A DNA stretch of 32,000 nucleotides from Methanothermus fervidus DSM 2088 (GTDB lineage: Archaea; Methanobacteriota; Methanobacteria; DSM-2088; Methanothermaceae), in assembly GCA_000166095.1 (NCBI GenBank), contig CP002278.1, positions 330,001 through 362,000 of the forward strand. Direction: 5' to 3'. The notes under the pieces are model-generated. The model was not told where the DNA came from and made no database searches. It saw nothing but the letters and a program-made list of their open reading frames with translations. Of this stretch, positions 18,366 through 30,275 are shown piece after piece. The position numbers and the translations under genes are program-made. Numbering within the stretch: position 1 is the stretch's first letter; each line of letters begins with the position of its first letter.

Positions 18366-19373
18366 CTATCTCACATCGTAATAATCTTTTATACGGACAG
18401 TATCCTTAAGATGTGGAGTTGAAACTTCATATATTTTTAAATTCTCTGTAGCAACTATTGAATGAGGAGTCTTAGGAGGTATATGTATTGTATCATTCTT
18501 ACTAAAGTATTGTTTCTTATCTTCGAATTCTATATAACCAGAACCTTTAACAATGAACATTGTCTCATCTTTCTTTTCATGATAATGGAAGGAAGTCCTA
18601 TAATCTTCTTTTATGAATAATTCTTTTGTTAAGTATTTCTTTGTTTTAATCAGTATTTTTTCATATCCCCAAGGTTTGTCTGTCCTATTTTCATATTCTT
18701 TACGAATTTCTTCTAAATCTTTAGAAGTATCTACTGACATCCAAAATGTGTCATCCTCTTTATAATATCCTAATTTGTTTTCACGGGCTAATTTTGGAAA
18801 CAATGTTTTTTCAATATCTCCTTTTTCAAATTCTTCAAAATCTAACTTTTCCTTCACAAAATAAATACCACCATTTATATAATATTTTAAATAAGGTTTT
18901 TCTTTAAATGAAGTTATGCGATCTCCTGTAATTTCAACTATTCCATATGGGGATTTCATTTTAGTAATAAAAATTGTTAAAGGATAATCAGAATTTCTTC
19001 CCATTTCTATCATTTTTTTAAGATTTAAATCTGCTACAACATCACCATTTCTTATTACACACTCAACATCATCTTCCACATGTTCCATTCCTAATCTAAT
19101 TGCATTTAATGTTCCTAATGGTTTTTCTTCTTCCACATATTCAAGTTTTACACCTTTGTATTCGTCACCATATCTTTCCTTAATTTTTTCACTTAAAAAA
19201 CCTGTTAATAAATAAACTTTATCAATTCCAGCACTTTTAAAATCAAAAAGTTGTTTATCAAGAATTGTATATCCGTCTTTTATTTCTATCAAAGGTTTAG
19301 GAATACGTTCTGTTATTGGCCTCAATCTTTTACCATACCCACCACATAATATCATTCCAACAGGAGATTTCAT
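18366..19373 (-). CDS. Sugar-phosphate nucleotidyltransferase fused to C-terminal cupin (ManC/GlmU-N-like)
   Basis: [25 protein letters not shown] nucleotidyltransferase motif; C-term [20 protein letters not shown]...[10 protein letters not shown] cupin. Confidence 0.88.
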   Translation of the reverse strand: MKSPVGMILCGGYGKRLRPITERIPKPLIEIKDGYTILDKQLFDFKSAGIDKVYLLTGFLSEKIKERYGDEYKGVKLEYVEEEKPLGTLNAIRLGMEHVEDDVECVIRNGDVVADLNLKKMIEMGRNSDYPLTIFITKMKSPYGIVEITGDRITSFKEKPYLKYYINGGIYFVKEKLDFEEFEKGDIEKTLFPKLARENKLGYYKEDDTFWMSVDTSKDLEEIRKEYENRTDKPWGYEKILIKTKKYLTKELFIKEDYRTSFHYHEKKDETMFIVKGSGYIEFEDKKQYFSKNDTIHIPPKTPHSIVATENLKIYEVSTPHLKDTVRIKDYYDVR

Positions 19374-20437
19374 GATATCTCACTCCTTATTATATTTCCA
19401 AATTCAGAATTTACAATCCTTCTTTTACCTAAAGTTTTCGCATGAGCATCTAACTCCAAAACTACATATTTATAACCAATATTTTTAAGAGGTTCTACAA
19501 GTCTTGGACCGTCAGTAACTGCTACCATTTCAATATTATTGTATTTTTCAATTGGGAGTGCATGAGGTATTCCCGAAACAACTGCAAAATCTATTTCTTC
19601 CTTTTCAAGTATTTCCATGGCTTTTTTCCCTGTGACAGGATATTCATCTAACCCTCCTGTTATATAGTTAATATTGACTCCATTATCTTTTAATTCTTTT
19701 TTAATATTTTTCGCATGATTTCTTATTCTTGGAAGACCAATGTTTTCATCAAGATTAGCAATTACTACTGGATTTCCATTTAATTTTGAATAGGGTAATC
19801 TTAATACATCTGCAAATAAATATGCAGTTTCCTTTTTTGCATTTAAAACCATTGCAACCTTTTTTCCATTTTTAAATGCATTTATAACTATTTTAGCTAC
19901 CTTTTTTTTATTATCTCCTTCCAACGGAGGAATATACTTTCCTTGTGCCATCCCTCTAGTTTTTTCAATAGCAGTTGCCATTCTAAGCATTTTTATTTGT
20001 CTTCTAGCTTCATCCTCAGATATTAATCTTTCTTTAGCTGCAACCTCTAATACTGCTATCGCTCCTTCAGTATTATCCCCTTCACCAAAACCTCCATGAG
20101 ATTCTACTATTAAAACCTTTGCAGGAACTTTAGCATTTTCCACAGCTCTTTTAAGGTTTTCACCAATAATCATGCTGGCGCAAGTACCAACTACACCAAT
20201 AAGTTTTGGTGAAAACATCTTATAAGCTTTTTTAAGTGTTTTCGTGAGTTTTTCTTCTGCTCCAAATACAAAATCTTTTTCTGACATGCCTGTTGTTACA
20301 ACTCTTACACCATCTTGTTCCAACAATCTTGCAGTCCTAAAACAGCAACCTTTAGGTCCATGTAAAACTATTAAATCAACATCTAAGTCCCGGAGTGTGT
20401 AAAGTGCAGCTGCAATTGGACTAGGTCTGGGATGCAA
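19370..20437 (-). CDS. cfbD: Ni-sirohydrochlorin a,c-diamide reductive cyclase, NifD-like catalytic subunit (F430 biosynthesis)
   Basis: [49 protein letters not shown]...[12 protein letters not shown]...[16 protein letters not shown] is characteristic of CfbD. Confidence 0.93.
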   Translation of the reverse strand: MHPRPSPIAAALYTLRDLDVDLIVLHGPKGCCFRTARLLEQDGVRVVTTGMSEKDFVFGAEEKLTKTLKKAYKMFSPKLIGVVGTCASMIIGENLKRAVENAKVPAKVLIVESHGGFGEGDNTEGAIAVLEVAAKERLISEDEARRQIKMLRMATAIEKTRGMAQGKYIPPLEGDNKKKVAKIVINAFKNGKKVAMVLNAKKETAYLFADVLRLPYSKLNGNPVVIANLDENIGLPRIRNHAKNIKKELKDNGVNINYITGGLDEYPVTGKKAMEILEKEEIDFAVVSGIPHALPIEKYNNIEMVAVTDGPRLVEPLKNIGYKYVVLELDAHAKTLGKRRIVNSEFGNIIRSEIS

Positions 20438-20458
20438 ATATTCACCTCAACTCCTCAA

Positions 20459-21340
20459 TTACCAACCTCTTTCTTGCATACGATCTGATTCAGGTATCTC
20501 ACTTATTTCTATACCAGGCATTGCTTCACCAAGTCCTCTTGATACTTCTAATAACACTTCAGGATTATCATAATTTGCAACAGCTTCCACTATAGCTTTT
20601 GCATATGCTTCTGGATTTTTAGATTTAAATATTCCAGATCCAACAAACACGCCATCTGCTCCTAATTGCATCATTAATGCAGCATCAGCTGGTGTAGCAA
20701 TACCTCCAGCAGCAAAATTTACAACTGGTAATCTACCTAACTCAGCCGTCTCTTTTACTAACTCAAATGGGGCTTCAATTTTCCTACTGTATTCCCATAA
20801 CTCTTCTTCATCTTTATTCATTATTTCTCTAATTTGTCCCATAATTATTCTCATATGTCTTACAGCTTCTACAACATTTCCTGTGCCTGCTTCACCTTTA
20901 GTTCTTATCATTGCAGCTCCTTCAGCTATACGTCTCAATGCTTCCCCAAGGTTTCTTGCACCACAAACAAAAGGTACTTTAAATTTTCTTTTATCTATAT
21001 GGAATCTTTCATCAGCCGGTGTTAAAACTTCACTCTCATCGATCATGTCAACCCCTAATGCTTCCAGTATTTGTGCTTCAACAAAATGTCCAATTCTTAC
21101 TTTTGCCATCACAGGAATTGAAACAGCATCCATTATTTCTTCAATTTTATTTGGATCTGCCATTCTTGCTACTCCTTTGCTAGCCCTTATGTCTGCAGGT
21201 ACTTTTTCAAGTGCCATAACTGCAACTGCTCCGGCATCTTCGGCTATCATTGCTTGTTCTGCATTTACAACGTCCATTATCACTCCGCCTTTGACCATTT
21301 TTGCGAATCCTCTTTTGAGTCTCTCAGTTCCATATTTCAT
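20459..21340 (-). CDS. pdxS: Pyridoxal 5'-phosphate synthase lyase subunit
   Basis: [35 protein letters not shown]...[16 protein letters not shown]...[31 protein letters not shown]. Confidence 0.97.
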   Translation of the reverse strand: MKYGTERLKRGFAKMVKGGVIMDVVNAEQAMIAEDAGAVAVMALEKVPADIRASKGVARMADPNKIEEIMDAVSIPVMAKVRIGHFVEAQILEALGVDMIDESEVLTPADERFHIDKRKFKVPFVCGARNLGEALRRIAEGAAMIRTKGEAGTGNVVEAVRHMRIIMGQIREIMNKDEEELWEYSRKIEAPFELVKETAELGRLPVVNFAAGGIATPADAALMMQLGADGVFVGSGIFKSKNPEAYAKAIVEAVANYDNPEVLLEVSRGLGEAMPGIEISEIPESDRMQERGW

Positions 21341-21524
21341 TTATTTACCTCCATCTTTGTTAAAAAGGGCCTAACTACAATAAAAATTTTATTTAATGGT
21401 TTTTATATATAATTTTCACACCAAAACATGTTTCTCATTTTGCATGCATGAAAGTTTATATAATGAATTTTCTGATACATAATTTGATAGCAAATTATTA
21501 AATTCATCTTCAATAGTGGTCTAA

Positions 21525-22802
21525 ATGTTTGGAAAAAATGATAAAAAGAAAAAAGTTCCTGAACTCAAAAAAAGTGAAAAAAAGGAGGACAGCATTGTAA
21601 AGAGAATAAGAGGATTATTAAAACAAAGATCAAGTGAAGGAGCTGAAAAAAAGCCAAAAAGAACAATGCCCAAGCCAAAACCAAATAAAAAAGTAGATTT
21701 GAGGCCTAAACCATTACCGCCAAGAAGACCACCAACAGGCATTCCTGAGGCAGATAAGAGGACATTAATTGGGGCTGCTGTAATAGCATGTATTATCATC
21801 TTTATTGCTGTATTAGGTTATTGGTTCTTATATTACCAACCATATCAGGAAGCATTGGAAAGTGCAAAAGCTCAAAAAATAGCTGAAGTTAATGCATATT
21901 ATAAGGGACCATTAGCCACAGATCCTAGAAAACAGGCACTTCTTGCACAAATAGAAAGTGCTACTACACCTGAAGAAGTCCTGGCAATTGATGTACTTGG
22001 ACCTGCTACCCAATCTTGGAGAACTTATCAACTTCAACAGATACAGGCAAAAAAAGATATGTTCAATAGAGTAATGATCGTGTATAGTGCAGGGAATCAG
22101 AGTACAACATTGCAAACAATACAAGGTGGAGAAGTTATTATGAGAGTCCCCGATGCGCAAAGATTTGTAAGTCAGGCAGATGCATCAGTATTATCAAATA
22201 TAGAGATACAAACACCAGATACAGTTGCTATACCAATACTTATAAATCGTTTGCAAGCTGCTGGTGGACTTATAGGCGTTGGAAGCAGTGTTGATATATA
22301 TCTAACAAATGTTACAAATATTAGCATGCCTGGAGGTAATGTATCTGCACCAACTAACAAAACAGCTGGAGCAGAATATTCAAGTGATCTTCCTTTAGTT
22401 AGTGGAGCAACAGTTTTAGCTATATTGAGATCAGGAGAAAGTGGAAAATACGATGTAAATCTAACTAGTAGTAAATTTTTATCTTCTCCAGGTTCTTCTG
22501 TTGGTGTTTCAACTTCAAGAGGTGCAAGTGGTGATATTGAAAAGGCATTGCAAGCACTTTCAGCTGGAGGATTAAGTGAAAGTGATGTCTCACAAATATT
22601 ACAACATTATGGAATTAGACTTTCTGAATATGAAAGAGTTTCAAACATAGGTGAATTTAATGCTACTTATTTATTGATTATAGAAGTTCCAAGAAAACAT
22701 GCGCCTGTTATTATGATGAACATGGACAAAATTATGCTAGTGGTGCCAACACAAAAAGCTCCTGAATGGATGGCAGCTGAACTAAAAAAAGTATATAGTT
22801 AA
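21525..22802 (+). CDS. Membrane-anchored DUF515-like protein, probably pilus-associated
   Basis: Basic/proline-rich cytoplasmic N-term, single TM (TLIGAAVIACIIIFIAVLGYWFLYY), extracellular domain; next to two pilin genes. Confidence 0.65.
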   Translation: MFGKNDKKKKVPELKKSEKKEDSIVKRIRGLLKQRSSEGAEKKPKRTMPKPKPNKKVDLRPKPLPPRRPPTGIPEADKRTLIGAAVIACIIIFIAVLGYWFLYYQPYQEALESAKAQKIAEVNAYYKGPLATDPRKQALLAQIESATTPEEVLAIDVLGPATQSWRTYQLQQIQAKKDMFNRVMIVYSAGNQSTTLQTIQGGEVIMRVPDAQRFVSQADASVLSNIEIQTPDTVAIPILINRLQAAGGLIGVGSSVDIYLTNVTNISMPGGNVSAPTNKTAGAEYSSDLPLVSGATVLAILRSGESGKYDVNLTSSKFLSSPGSSVGVSTSRGASGDIEKALQALSAGGLSESDVSQILQHYGIRLSEYERVSNIGEFNATYLLIIEVPRKHAPVIMMNMDKIMLVVPTQKAPEWMAAELKKVYS

Positions 22803-22805
22803 ATG

Positions 22806-23000
22806 TTATGGTTGTATCCACTTTAAGGGTCTATTACGCACCTCATTAATATCTTTTTCAGCATTTAATCCAGTTTTTATTGTATTTGTATATGAAACAT
22901 AAACATATAAAAAAACAAGCACTACTCCAAGAGCTCCGCCAATCAATAGCATATATTCAGCTGCACCCTGACCTTTTTCATCTTTAAGGAATTTAAGCAT
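22806..23000 (-). CDS. Class III signal peptide pilin (DUF361-like)
   Basis: MLKFLKDEKGQGAAEYMLLIGGALGVVLVFLYVYV; ATG at 23000 preferred over the TTG at 23015. Confidence 0.85.
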   Translation of the reverse strand: MLKFLKDEKGQGAAEYMLLIGGALGVVLVFLYVYVSYTNTIKTGLNAEKDINEVRNRPLKWIQP

Positions 23001-23258
23001 TAAATCCACTTCCAAAAATTAAAAAAGGAAAAAACAAAATAACTGTATATAGTCATGATTTTATGGTAGACCTGCCCAGTTTGTGGTTTTACTACGTACA
23101 TTACTTACGTCTGCATTACCTTGTAATACTCCTTTAGCACTGTTCATGTATGTGGTATATATGAATAGAGCAATAAGCACTATTGCAAGAGCTCCGCCAA
23201 TCAATAGCATATATTCAGCTGCACCTTGACCTTTTTCATCTTTAAGGAATTTAAACAT
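22928..23258. repeat. Pair of direct 73-nt near-identical copies (22928..23000 and 23186..23258) over the pilin 5' coding region
   Basis: Direct comparison: 71/73 identical (c/t and g/a differences). Confidence 0.85.
23061..23258 (-). CDS. Class III signal peptide pilin (DUF361-like), tandem paralog
   Basis: MFKFLKDEKGQGAAEYMLLIGGALAIVLIALFIYTT; SD ggaggtgg upstream. Confidence 0.85.
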   Translation of the reverse strand: MFKFLKDEKGQGAAEYMLLIGGALAIVLIALFIYTTYMNSAKGVLQGNADVSNVRSKTTNWAGLP

Positions 23259-23377
23259 TAAATTCCACCTCCAAAAAATTATTTACTAATAACAATTTTG
23301 TATAAATTCTATTTATAAATTTTTTGTTTTTAAGACCTCAAACAAATTAATGGATTTTTTATTGGTGAGGTATAACA

Positions 23378-24943
23378 ATGAAAATACTCATAGTCACAGG
23401 TAAGTTAGCTAGTGATGTCGTTAAATCAAATGTAAAAAATTCAAAACATGAGGTAGATGTTTATACTGTGAATACACCAATTGCAGCATTTTTAACTCCA
23501 GAGAGGATAGCAAAAGAAATAGAAGGTTTAAATTATGACATGGTAATAATTCCGGGATTAGTTAAAGGAAATGCAAAAAAAATAACTGAAAAAACAAATA
23601 TTCCTGCATACAAAGGACCAACAGATGCTGCTGATTTAGGAATTTTATTAGATATAATTAATAAAGTAAAGCTTTCACCAAAAAAGCCTGCAAACAAGTT
23701 AATTGAAGAAGAACAGAAAAAAAGAGCATTGAATTTTATAAAAAAATTTGAAAAAAATGAAAAAATACGAAAGGAATTATTAAAAAAAGATGAAAACATT
23801 TTAGTTGGTAATCTTCCAGTAGGTAGAGATTTTCCAATGAGAGTTTTAGCAGAAATTGCAAATGCACCTTCATTAACAAAAAACGAATTAAAAAGAAAAG
23901 TAGATTATTTTATAAAAAATGGAGCTGACATGATAGATATAGGGATGATTGCTGGTAAAGATTACTCTGATAAGATACCAACACTTATTGAAATTGTAAG
24001 AAAAAGAGCTAGAAAAGTTCCTATTAGCATAGATACATTAAATGTAAATGAAATTGAAACAGCGATAAAATGTGGTATAGATTTAGTACTAAGTCTTGAT
24101 CATGGGAACTACAAAGATGTATTACCTCTTTTAGAGGATAATAACATACCTGCAGTGATATTACCTACAAACTACACTGAAGGATGGGTGCCTGAGAAGC
24201 CAGAAGAAAGAGTAAAATCCTTAGAAAATTTGAAAAAGAAATGTAAAGATATAGATATCATTGCAGATCCAATACTTGATCCTATAAATAGTAAGAGCAT
24301 TGTTGATTCTATATTAGCATGTAAATTATATGCTGATAGAAATCCAGATCCTTTATTCTTTGGTGTTGGCAATGTAACAGAACTTCTAGATGCTGATTCT
24401 GTTGGCGTAAATGCACTTCTTGCTGGTATTGGCATGGAACTAGGAGCGAGTATTCTATTTACACCAGAAGAAAGCGAAAAAACAAGAGGAAGTGTATATG
24501 AGCTTGCTCTATCATCAATAATAATGTTTTTAGCAAAGAAGAGAAAGTCAATTCCTAAAGATTTAGGTGTCAATCTTTTAATTTTTAAAGATAAGCGAAG
24601 GTATGAGATGATAGATGAAAATGTAGATGTACCAGTAATAAAAGCAAAAGGAATGAAAAAATTCATCCCAGACAAAGCAGGAAGCTTTAAAATATCTGTT
24701 AAAGATGATCATATTGAAGTTATTCATTATAAATCTGGAAAACCCACAGTCAAATTTGTTGGAAAAAATTCAAAGAAAATATATGAAGAAATAATCAAAA
24801 GAGGATTAGTAAGTAGACTTGAACATGCAGCATATCTCGGTTCAGAATTACAAAAAGCAGAGATAGCCCTAATTACAGGAAAGAGTTATGTACAGGACAA
24901 AGATTTATTCAAAAAACCTCTGGATTTGAGGGAAAAAAGATGA
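23378..24943 (+). CDS. Dihydropteroate synthase-related protein (methanogen type)
   Basis: N-term flavodoxin-like extension and DHPS-like barrel ([43 protein letters not shown]); SD gaggta. Confidence 0.85.
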   Translation: MKILIVTGKLASDVVKSNVKNSKHEVDVYTVNTPIAAFLTPERIAKEIEGLNYDMVIIPGLVKGNAKKITEKTNIPAYKGPTDAADLGILLDIINKVKLSPKKPANKLIEEEQKKRALNFIKKFEKNEKIRKELLKKDENILVGNLPVGRDFPMRVLAEIANAPSLTKNELKRKVDYFIKNGADMIDIGMIAGKDYSDKIPTLIEIVRKRARKVPISIDTLNVNEIETAIKCGIDLVLSLDHGNYKDVLPLLEDNNIPAVILPTNYTEGWVPEKPEERVKSLENLKKKCKDIDIIADPILDPINSKSIVDSILACKLYADRNPDPLFFGVGNVTELLDADSVGVNALLAGIGMELGASILFTPEESEKTRGSVYELALSSIIMFLAKKRKSIPKDLGVNLLIFKDKRRYEMIDENVDVPVIKAKGMKKFIPDKAGSFKISVKDDHIEVIHYKSGKPTVKFVGKNSKKIYEEIIKRGLVSRLEHAAYLGSELQKAEIALITGKSYVQDKDLFKKPLDLREKR

Positions 24944-25860
24944 GATGTATGAAGTGTGGATCCAAAGATGTAGTTTTTAAAAGGAGATATTCAAGCCAAA
25001 GATTATGTAAGGATTGTTTTATTGAATTTATACAAAAAAAAGTCCTCCGAAACATTAGATTAAATAAACTAATAGAGAAAGGTGATAGAGTTTTAGCAGG
25101 GGTTTCGGGTGGTAAAGATAGTGTAGCAATGCTAGATATTCTTAATATTTTGCATGAGAGAGGAATAATTGAATTAGAAGTTTTAACTGTAGATGAAGGC
25201 ATTAAAAATTATAGAGAAAAAACATTGGAAATTGCAAAATATCATACTAAAAGACTTGGAATTCCACATCACATAGTTAAATTTAAAGATTGTTTTGGAA
25301 TTACATTAGATGAGATAGTATCAAGTAATGTAGAGAGAGGTCCTTGCACATATTGTGGAGTATTCAGGCGTTGGATATTCAACAAAATTGGGAAAAAATT
25401 AGAAGCTGATAAAATAGCCATTGCTCACAATCTTGACGATGAAACAGAGGCAATCTTAATGAATTATCTTGAAGGGAATATAAAAAATTTAATAAGATTG
25501 GGCCCTATAAGTGAGAGTAAAGATTTTTTAACAAAAATAAAACCACTTAGAGAAATACCAGAAAATGAAATAATACTCTACACAAAATTTAAAGGATTGA
25601 AAACATATCTAAAACCTTGCCCTTATGTGAGATATGCATTTAGGAGAGAAATATATAGGTTTATAAAGAGAATTTCCGCAAAACACCCAACAATCAGATA
25701 TTCAATACTTAGAGGCTTTGAAAAAATAAAACCTATATTAAAAGAAAAATTTCAGGAAAAATATACATTTGATACATGTAAAATTTGTGGAGAGCCAGCA
25801 TCAGGAAAAATATGTCAGGCATGCAAATTATGTAAAGAGTTAGGAATAAGCATGAGTTAA
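24940..25860 (+). CDS. tRNA 2-thiolation protein, NcsA/TtuA/Ctu1 family
   Basis: N-term zinc finger [11 protein letters not shown]...CKDC, PP-loop [17 protein letters not shown], catalytic [12 protein letters not shown]-term [16 protein letters not shown]; ATGA overlap with upstream gene. Confidence 0.92.
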   Translation: MRCMKCGSKDVVFKRRYSSQRLCKDCFIEFIQKKVLRNIRLNKLIEKGDRVLAGVSGGKDSVAMLDILNILHERGIIELEVLTVDEGIKNYREKTLEIAKYHTKRLGIPHHIVKFKDCFGITLDEIVSSNVERGPCTYCGVFRRWIFNKIGKKLEADKIAIAHNLDDETEAILMNYLEGNIKNLIRLGPISESKDFLTKIKPLREIPENEIILYTKFKGLKTYLKPCPYVRYAFRREIYRFIKRISAKHPTIRYSILRGFEKIKPILKEKFQEKYTFDTCKICGEPASGKICQACKLCKELGISMS

Positions 25861-25866
25861 AATTTT

Positions 25867-27138
25867 TTAAGGTTTTTCCACAATTTTACATCCTAACTCC
25901 TTCATAACCTTTACAAAATCTGGAAATGAAATTTTATATGCCTCAGCATTTTTAATTTTAATACCTTTTTTTAAACCCAGGAGTGTTAAAGCCATCACTA
26001 AACGATGATCATTGTGTGAATCCACAATGCCACCTTTAATGTTTCCACCATTAATTATTAAGCCATCATCTAACTCCTTAACTTTTATTCCTAACTTAGA
26101 CAATTCTTTTGCACACATAGCTATCCTATCAGTCTCTTTAAATCTTGCATGTCTGATTCCATATATTTTTGTTCTGCCTTTTGCTGCAGCCCCTAAAACT
26201 GCAACAGTTGGAAGAAGATCTGGAGAATTTTTTAAATTGACATCTATCCCATGAAGTTCTCCATCACTACAAACTATAATTTCATTTTTCTTAATTTTAA
26301 TATCTACTCCCATTTCACTGATTATATCTAAAATTAATTTATCTGCTTGTTTTGAATCTTTAAATAAATTTTTTATACTTACTTTACCTCCTGCTATTGC
26401 AGTTGCACCTACAATATATGATGCTGAAGAAAAATCTCCTTCTATTGAATATTTACAAGATTTATAACCGTTAGGCTCCACATAATAAGTATTTTTTTCT
26501 CTTTCTATTTTAGCGTCAAACTTCTTCATAACTTCAACAGTCATGTCAACATATGGTTTTGATATTAATTCTCCAATAATTTTCAGTTTAAGAGGTTTAG
26601 ATCCATATGGTCCTATAATTAAAAGTGCGGAGATGAATTGTGAACTTATATTTCCCGGTATTTCTGTATATCCACCTTCATACCCTCCTTTAACTATTAT
26701 TGGTGCCCTACCATTATTTCTTGATGAAAAAGCAACTACACCTAAATCCCTAAGTGAATTAAGTAAAGGTTGCATAGGTCTAGATCTTATAGATTTATCC
26801 CCTGTAAGAATTGTATAATACTTTGCTAAACCTGCAACAGCTGTCATGATTCTCAAAGTAGTCCCAGAATTTCCAACATCTATAACATTCTCAGGAGTGA
26901 TAACTTTACCATTAACACCTTTTACAATCCATGCATTTCTTTTTATATCTATTTTCGCTCCAAATGCCTCACATGCTTCAACAGAGGAACATGTATCTTT
27001 TGCAACTAATGGATTTTTAAGGTGAGATATGTTGTCAGCCAAAGAAGCTATTATTACTGCACGATGTGTATAACTTTTAGATGGAGGTGCTTTCACATTG
27101 CCTTCAATTCCCTCTGTTTTTTTAACTATTAAATCCAT
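25867..27138 (-). CDS. aroA: 3-phosphoshikimate 1-carboxyvinyltransferase
   Basis: VKAPPSKSYTHRAVIIASLA, DVGNSGTTLRIMTAVAGL, GDKSIRSRPM, HNDHRLVMALTLLG. Confidence 0.96.
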   Translation of the reverse strand: MDLIVKKTEGIEGNVKAPPSKSYTHRAVIIASLADNISHLKNPLVAKDTCSSVEACEAFGAKIDIKRNAWIVKGVNGKVITPENVIDVGNSGTTLRIMTAVAGLAKYYTILTGDKSIRSRPMQPLLNSLRDLGVVAFSSRNNGRAPIIVKGGYEGGYTEIPGNISSQFISALLIIGPYGSKPLKLKIIGELISKPYVDMTVEVMKKFDAKIEREKNTYYVEPNGYKSCKYSIEGDFSSASYIVGATAIAGGKVSIKNLFKDSKQADKLILDIISEMGVDIKIKKNEIIVCSDGELHGIDVNLKNSPDLLPTVAVLGAAAKGRTKIYGIRHARFKETDRIAMCAKELSKLGIKVKELDDGLIINGGNIKGGIVDSHNDHRLVMALTLLGLKKGIKIKNAEAYKISFPDFVKVMKELGCKIVEKP

Positions 27139-27142
27139 AAAA

Positions 27143-29773
27143 TCATCCTACAGCAATCTCTAAAACAACGTCTACATTTTCAGGTTTTACTATTTCAACT
27201 TTTTCACCAGTCTCTCCTATAATTTCTTTTTCTACCCTTATATCATCCTTTGTTATAGTTTTACCATCAATTTCAATTCCTTCTTTCAATTTTTCAATTA
27301 ATATTTCTGGATCTTCAGAATTTAGGTATTTAATCACTTTTGAAGTTTTATCTCTAAATTTAGGCCCTATTCTGTCCATTAATGGCTCTATTCTAATTAT
27401 TTTTTCTTTGACACTGGGCTTACCTGCCTTTATTTCTAAATCTTGAATTCTTATCGTACCCTTAATATCATCAAAAAATGGTTTTATTTTTTCAACGGTT
27501 TCTTCATCACCGTAAATTTTCACTTGCTTAATTTCTGCATTTAGAGGTATTCCCTTGTCTGATTTAAATCTACGTAACTCCCTAATTATTTCTACTGCAG
27601 TATCTCCACACTCCTCAATTTCTGGATCTATTAATTCATAATTAGTTGTAGGCCATGAAGTTAAATGTATACTTTTATCATCAAAATGTTGATACACTTC
27701 CTCTACAAAATGTGGCACAAATGGTGCAAGCAATTTTAAACAAGTTTTAAGGACTTTTTCCAGAGTTCTTTTAGCACCTTCTCTCATTTCTTTATTTTCG
27801 TCAGAATAAAGTCTATATTTCACAGCCTCTATATATTCATCACAGAAAACATGCCAAACAAACTGTTGAATATTTGTTATAGCATCTGCAAAATTATATT
27901 GATTTATGGATTTTGTAACATTCTCAACAAGACGATTTAATTTTGATAATATCCATCTGTCCATATAATTTAATTTAGCTTCAACTTCATTCTCTTCTTC
28001 CTTAAATATATGAATACTCATAAATCTAAATGCATTCCAAAACTTCCTTAAAAATTTATATCCATATTTCACATCTTTCCATGCAAAAGGCACATCTGAA
28101 CCTGGGACACTATTTGCTGCCCATAGTCTTAAAGCATCTGCACCATATTTTTCTAATACTTCCTCAGGTTCTATAACATTTCCTCGTGATTTACTCATTT
28201 TATGTCCATCTTCGCCAAAAACCATTCCATTTATCACAATTTCATCAAAAGGTTTTTCACCTGTTAATGCCTTACACCTTAATATTGTGTAGAATGCCCA
28301 CGTACGTATTATGTCGTGTCCTTGTGGCCTTAAATTTGCTGGAAATAATTTTCTATAATTTTTTTGGGGCCATCCAGCTACAACAAGTGGTGAGATAGAA
28401 CTATCCATCCAGGTATCCAATACATCTCTTTCTGGTATAAATTCATTGCAACCACATTCACATGTAAAATTAGGTTTTTCTTTTGTTGGATCTACAGGTA
28501 ACATGTCTTCTGTTGCAACATGTGGTTTTCCACATTCTTTACAATACCAGACAGGTATTGGAGTACCAAAAATTCTTTGTCTAGATATACACCAATCCCA
28601 TTCCATGGCATCTATCCAATTTAAAAGCCGAGTTTTCATATGTTCAGGATGCCATTTTATTTCATTTATAGTTTTTTTGACATCTTTTTTTAATTTATTT
28701 ACATCTATAAACCACTGTTTTTTAACAAGGATTTCCACTGGTGTTTTACATCTCCAACATCTTCCCACATTTTGCTTTATTCTTTCTTTTTTGATTAAAA
28801 ATCCTTTTTTATCCAAATCCTCTATAATTTTGTTTCTACACTCCTCTATAGACAAACCTTCATATTTCTTAGCTGCTTTAGTCATTCTACCTTTTTCATC
28901 TATAGCATTGATAATTTTTAGATTATGACGTTTAACCCATAAAACATCTGTTTTGTCACCGAAGGTACATACCATGACTGCTCCTGTACCAAACTTAGGA
29001 TCTACATCTTCATCAGCTAATATTTCAACTTCTTGATTGAAAATAGGAACTTTAACTTTTTTTCCAACCATGTCTGTATATCTTTCGTCATCTGGATGTA
29101 CTAAGACAGCAACACAAGCTGGTAACAATTCTGGACGTGTAGTTGCAATTACAATATCACTCTCTGATCCTTCAAACTTTATATAATTTAAATAAGTTTC
29201 TTTTTCTGAATATTCAACTTCTGCAAATGCTATAGCTGTTTCACATCTTGGACACCAATTCACAGGGTGAACACCACGATATATCAATCCTTCTTTATAC
29301 ATTTTTAAAAATGAGAGTTGAGTTTTCTTTATGTATTCAGGGTCCATAGTTATGTATTCTCTGTCCCAATCCTGACTAAATCCTAATGAAATCATTTGTC
29401 TTTTCATTCTTTTTATATTCTCAGTTGTAAGGTCAATACACATCTTCTTGAATTTTTCTCTAGGTACATCTCCTTTTTTGATGTTATGTATTTCCTCTAC
29501 CTTAACTTCTGTTGGAAGTCCATGACAATCCCATCCCTGAGGAAACAAAACATTGAACCCATTCATTCTTTTGAATCTGGCAATTATATCCATATATACC
29601 CAATTTAATACATGACCCATATGTATAGAACCTGTAGGATAAGGTGGAGGTGTATCTATAACATAAGAAGGTCTTTTATCAGTTTCAAATGCATATATTT
29701 TGTCTTTTTGCCACTTTTTTTGCCATTTGCTTTCATTTTTTGGATCATAATCTTTTGGGATTTCAACACGCAT
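27143..29773 (-). CDS. valS: Valine--tRNA ligase
   Basis: [16 protein letters not shown] (HIGH-like), [45 protein letters not shown] (KMSKS); start [12 protein letters not shown] at 29773 rather than 29857. Confidence 0.95.
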   Translation of the reverse strand: MRVEIPKDYDPKNESKWQKKWQKDKIYAFETDKRPSYVIDTPPPYPTGSIHMGHVLNWVYMDIIARFKRMNGFNVLFPQGWDCHGLPTEVKVEEIHNIKKGDVPREKFKKMCIDLTTENIKRMKRQMISLGFSQDWDREYITMDPEYIKKTQLSFLKMYKEGLIYRGVHPVNWCPRCETAIAFAEVEYSEKETYLNYIKFEGSESDIVIATTRPELLPACVAVLVHPDDERYTDMVGKKVKVPIFNQEVEILADEDVDPKFGTGAVMVCTFGDKTDVLWVKRHNLKIINAIDEKGRMTKAAKKYEGLSIEECRNKIIEDLDKKGFLIKKERIKQNVGRCWRCKTPVEILVKKQWFIDVNKLKKDVKKTINEIKWHPEHMKTRLLNWIDAMEWDWCISRQRIFGTPIPVWYCKECGKPHVATEDMLPVDPTKEKPNFTCECGCNEFIPERDVLDTWMDSSISPLVVAGWPQKNYRKLFPANLRPQGHDIIRTWAFYTILRCKALTGEKPFDEIVINGMVFGEDGHKMSKSRGNVIEPEEVLEKYGADALRLWAANSVPGSDVPFAWKDVKYGYKFLRKFWNAFRFMSIHIFKEEENEVEAKLNYMDRWILSKLNRLVENVTKSINQYNFADAITNIQQFVWHVFCDEYIEAVKYRLYSDENKEMREGAKRTLEKVLKTCLKLLAPFVPHFVEEVYQHFDDKSIHLTSWPTTNYELIDPEIEECGDTAVEIIRELRRFKSDKGIPLNAEIKQVKIYGDEETVEKIKPFFDDIKGTIRIQDLEIKAGKPSVKEKIIRIEPLMDRIGPKFRDKTSKVIKYLNSEDPEILIEKLKEGIEIDGKTITKDDIRVEKEIIGETGEKVEIVKPENVDVVLEIAVG

Positions 29774-29846
29774 GGTATCTCTCCATGGAAACCTTTTTAT
29801 GTTACTGTATTCTATTAACATAAACATAAAATATGGTGTGTGGAAA

Positions 29847-30203
29847 ATGGGCATCACATGGTTCTACATAGCAGTGTTTCTTGCAATTAGTGATGAAATA
29901 CATACTAAAATAATGTGGGATATACTTTTAGACTTTTATATATTGTTAGCAGGCATTATAAAAGAAATTGTTTCATCAAACATACAAGTGTGGCTTATTC
30001 ATGAAATTTTGGAAGCATTATTTCACTTCATAGTTTTATCATTGGTATTTTTTTCAGTAGAAATTGGTTTTTTGGCAGCTGTAGTGCACATGACTGTTGA
30101 TATATTCCATGAATTGAGTGGTAGAGAATACAGCTGGTTACATCATAGAGCTTTACACTTCACAGTGGAGTCATTATTCTTTATAATGGTAGGTATTAGA
30201 TAA
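29847..30203 (+). CDS. Small multi-pass membrane protein with conserved-looking His/Glu residues, unknown function
   Basis: [17 protein letters not shown]...[68 protein letters not shown]; likely start ATG 29847. Confidence 0.6.
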   Translation: MGITWFYIAVFLAISDEIHTKIMWDILLDFYILLAGIIKEIVSSNIQVWLIHEILEALFHFIVLSLVFFSVEIGFLAAVVHMTVDIFHELSGREYSWLHHRALHFTVESLFFIMVGIR

Positions 30204-30275
30204 TTTATTTTTATATTTAAATAAAAACTTAAGCATGGTCATTTGCTTAAAGTAATTTTCATGAGGTGAATAATC

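Noticed and set aside
20834-21374. Plus-strand 163-aa ORF 20883..21374 and ORF 20834..21025
   Set aside because: Mirror frames of pdxS, which is highly conserved on the other strand.
26012-29818. Plus-strand ORFs across aroA and valS (26012..26254, 26543..26818, 28186..28398, 28446..28928, 29396..29608, 29612..29818)
   Set aside because: Antisense to well supported aroA and valS coding sequence; no independent support.
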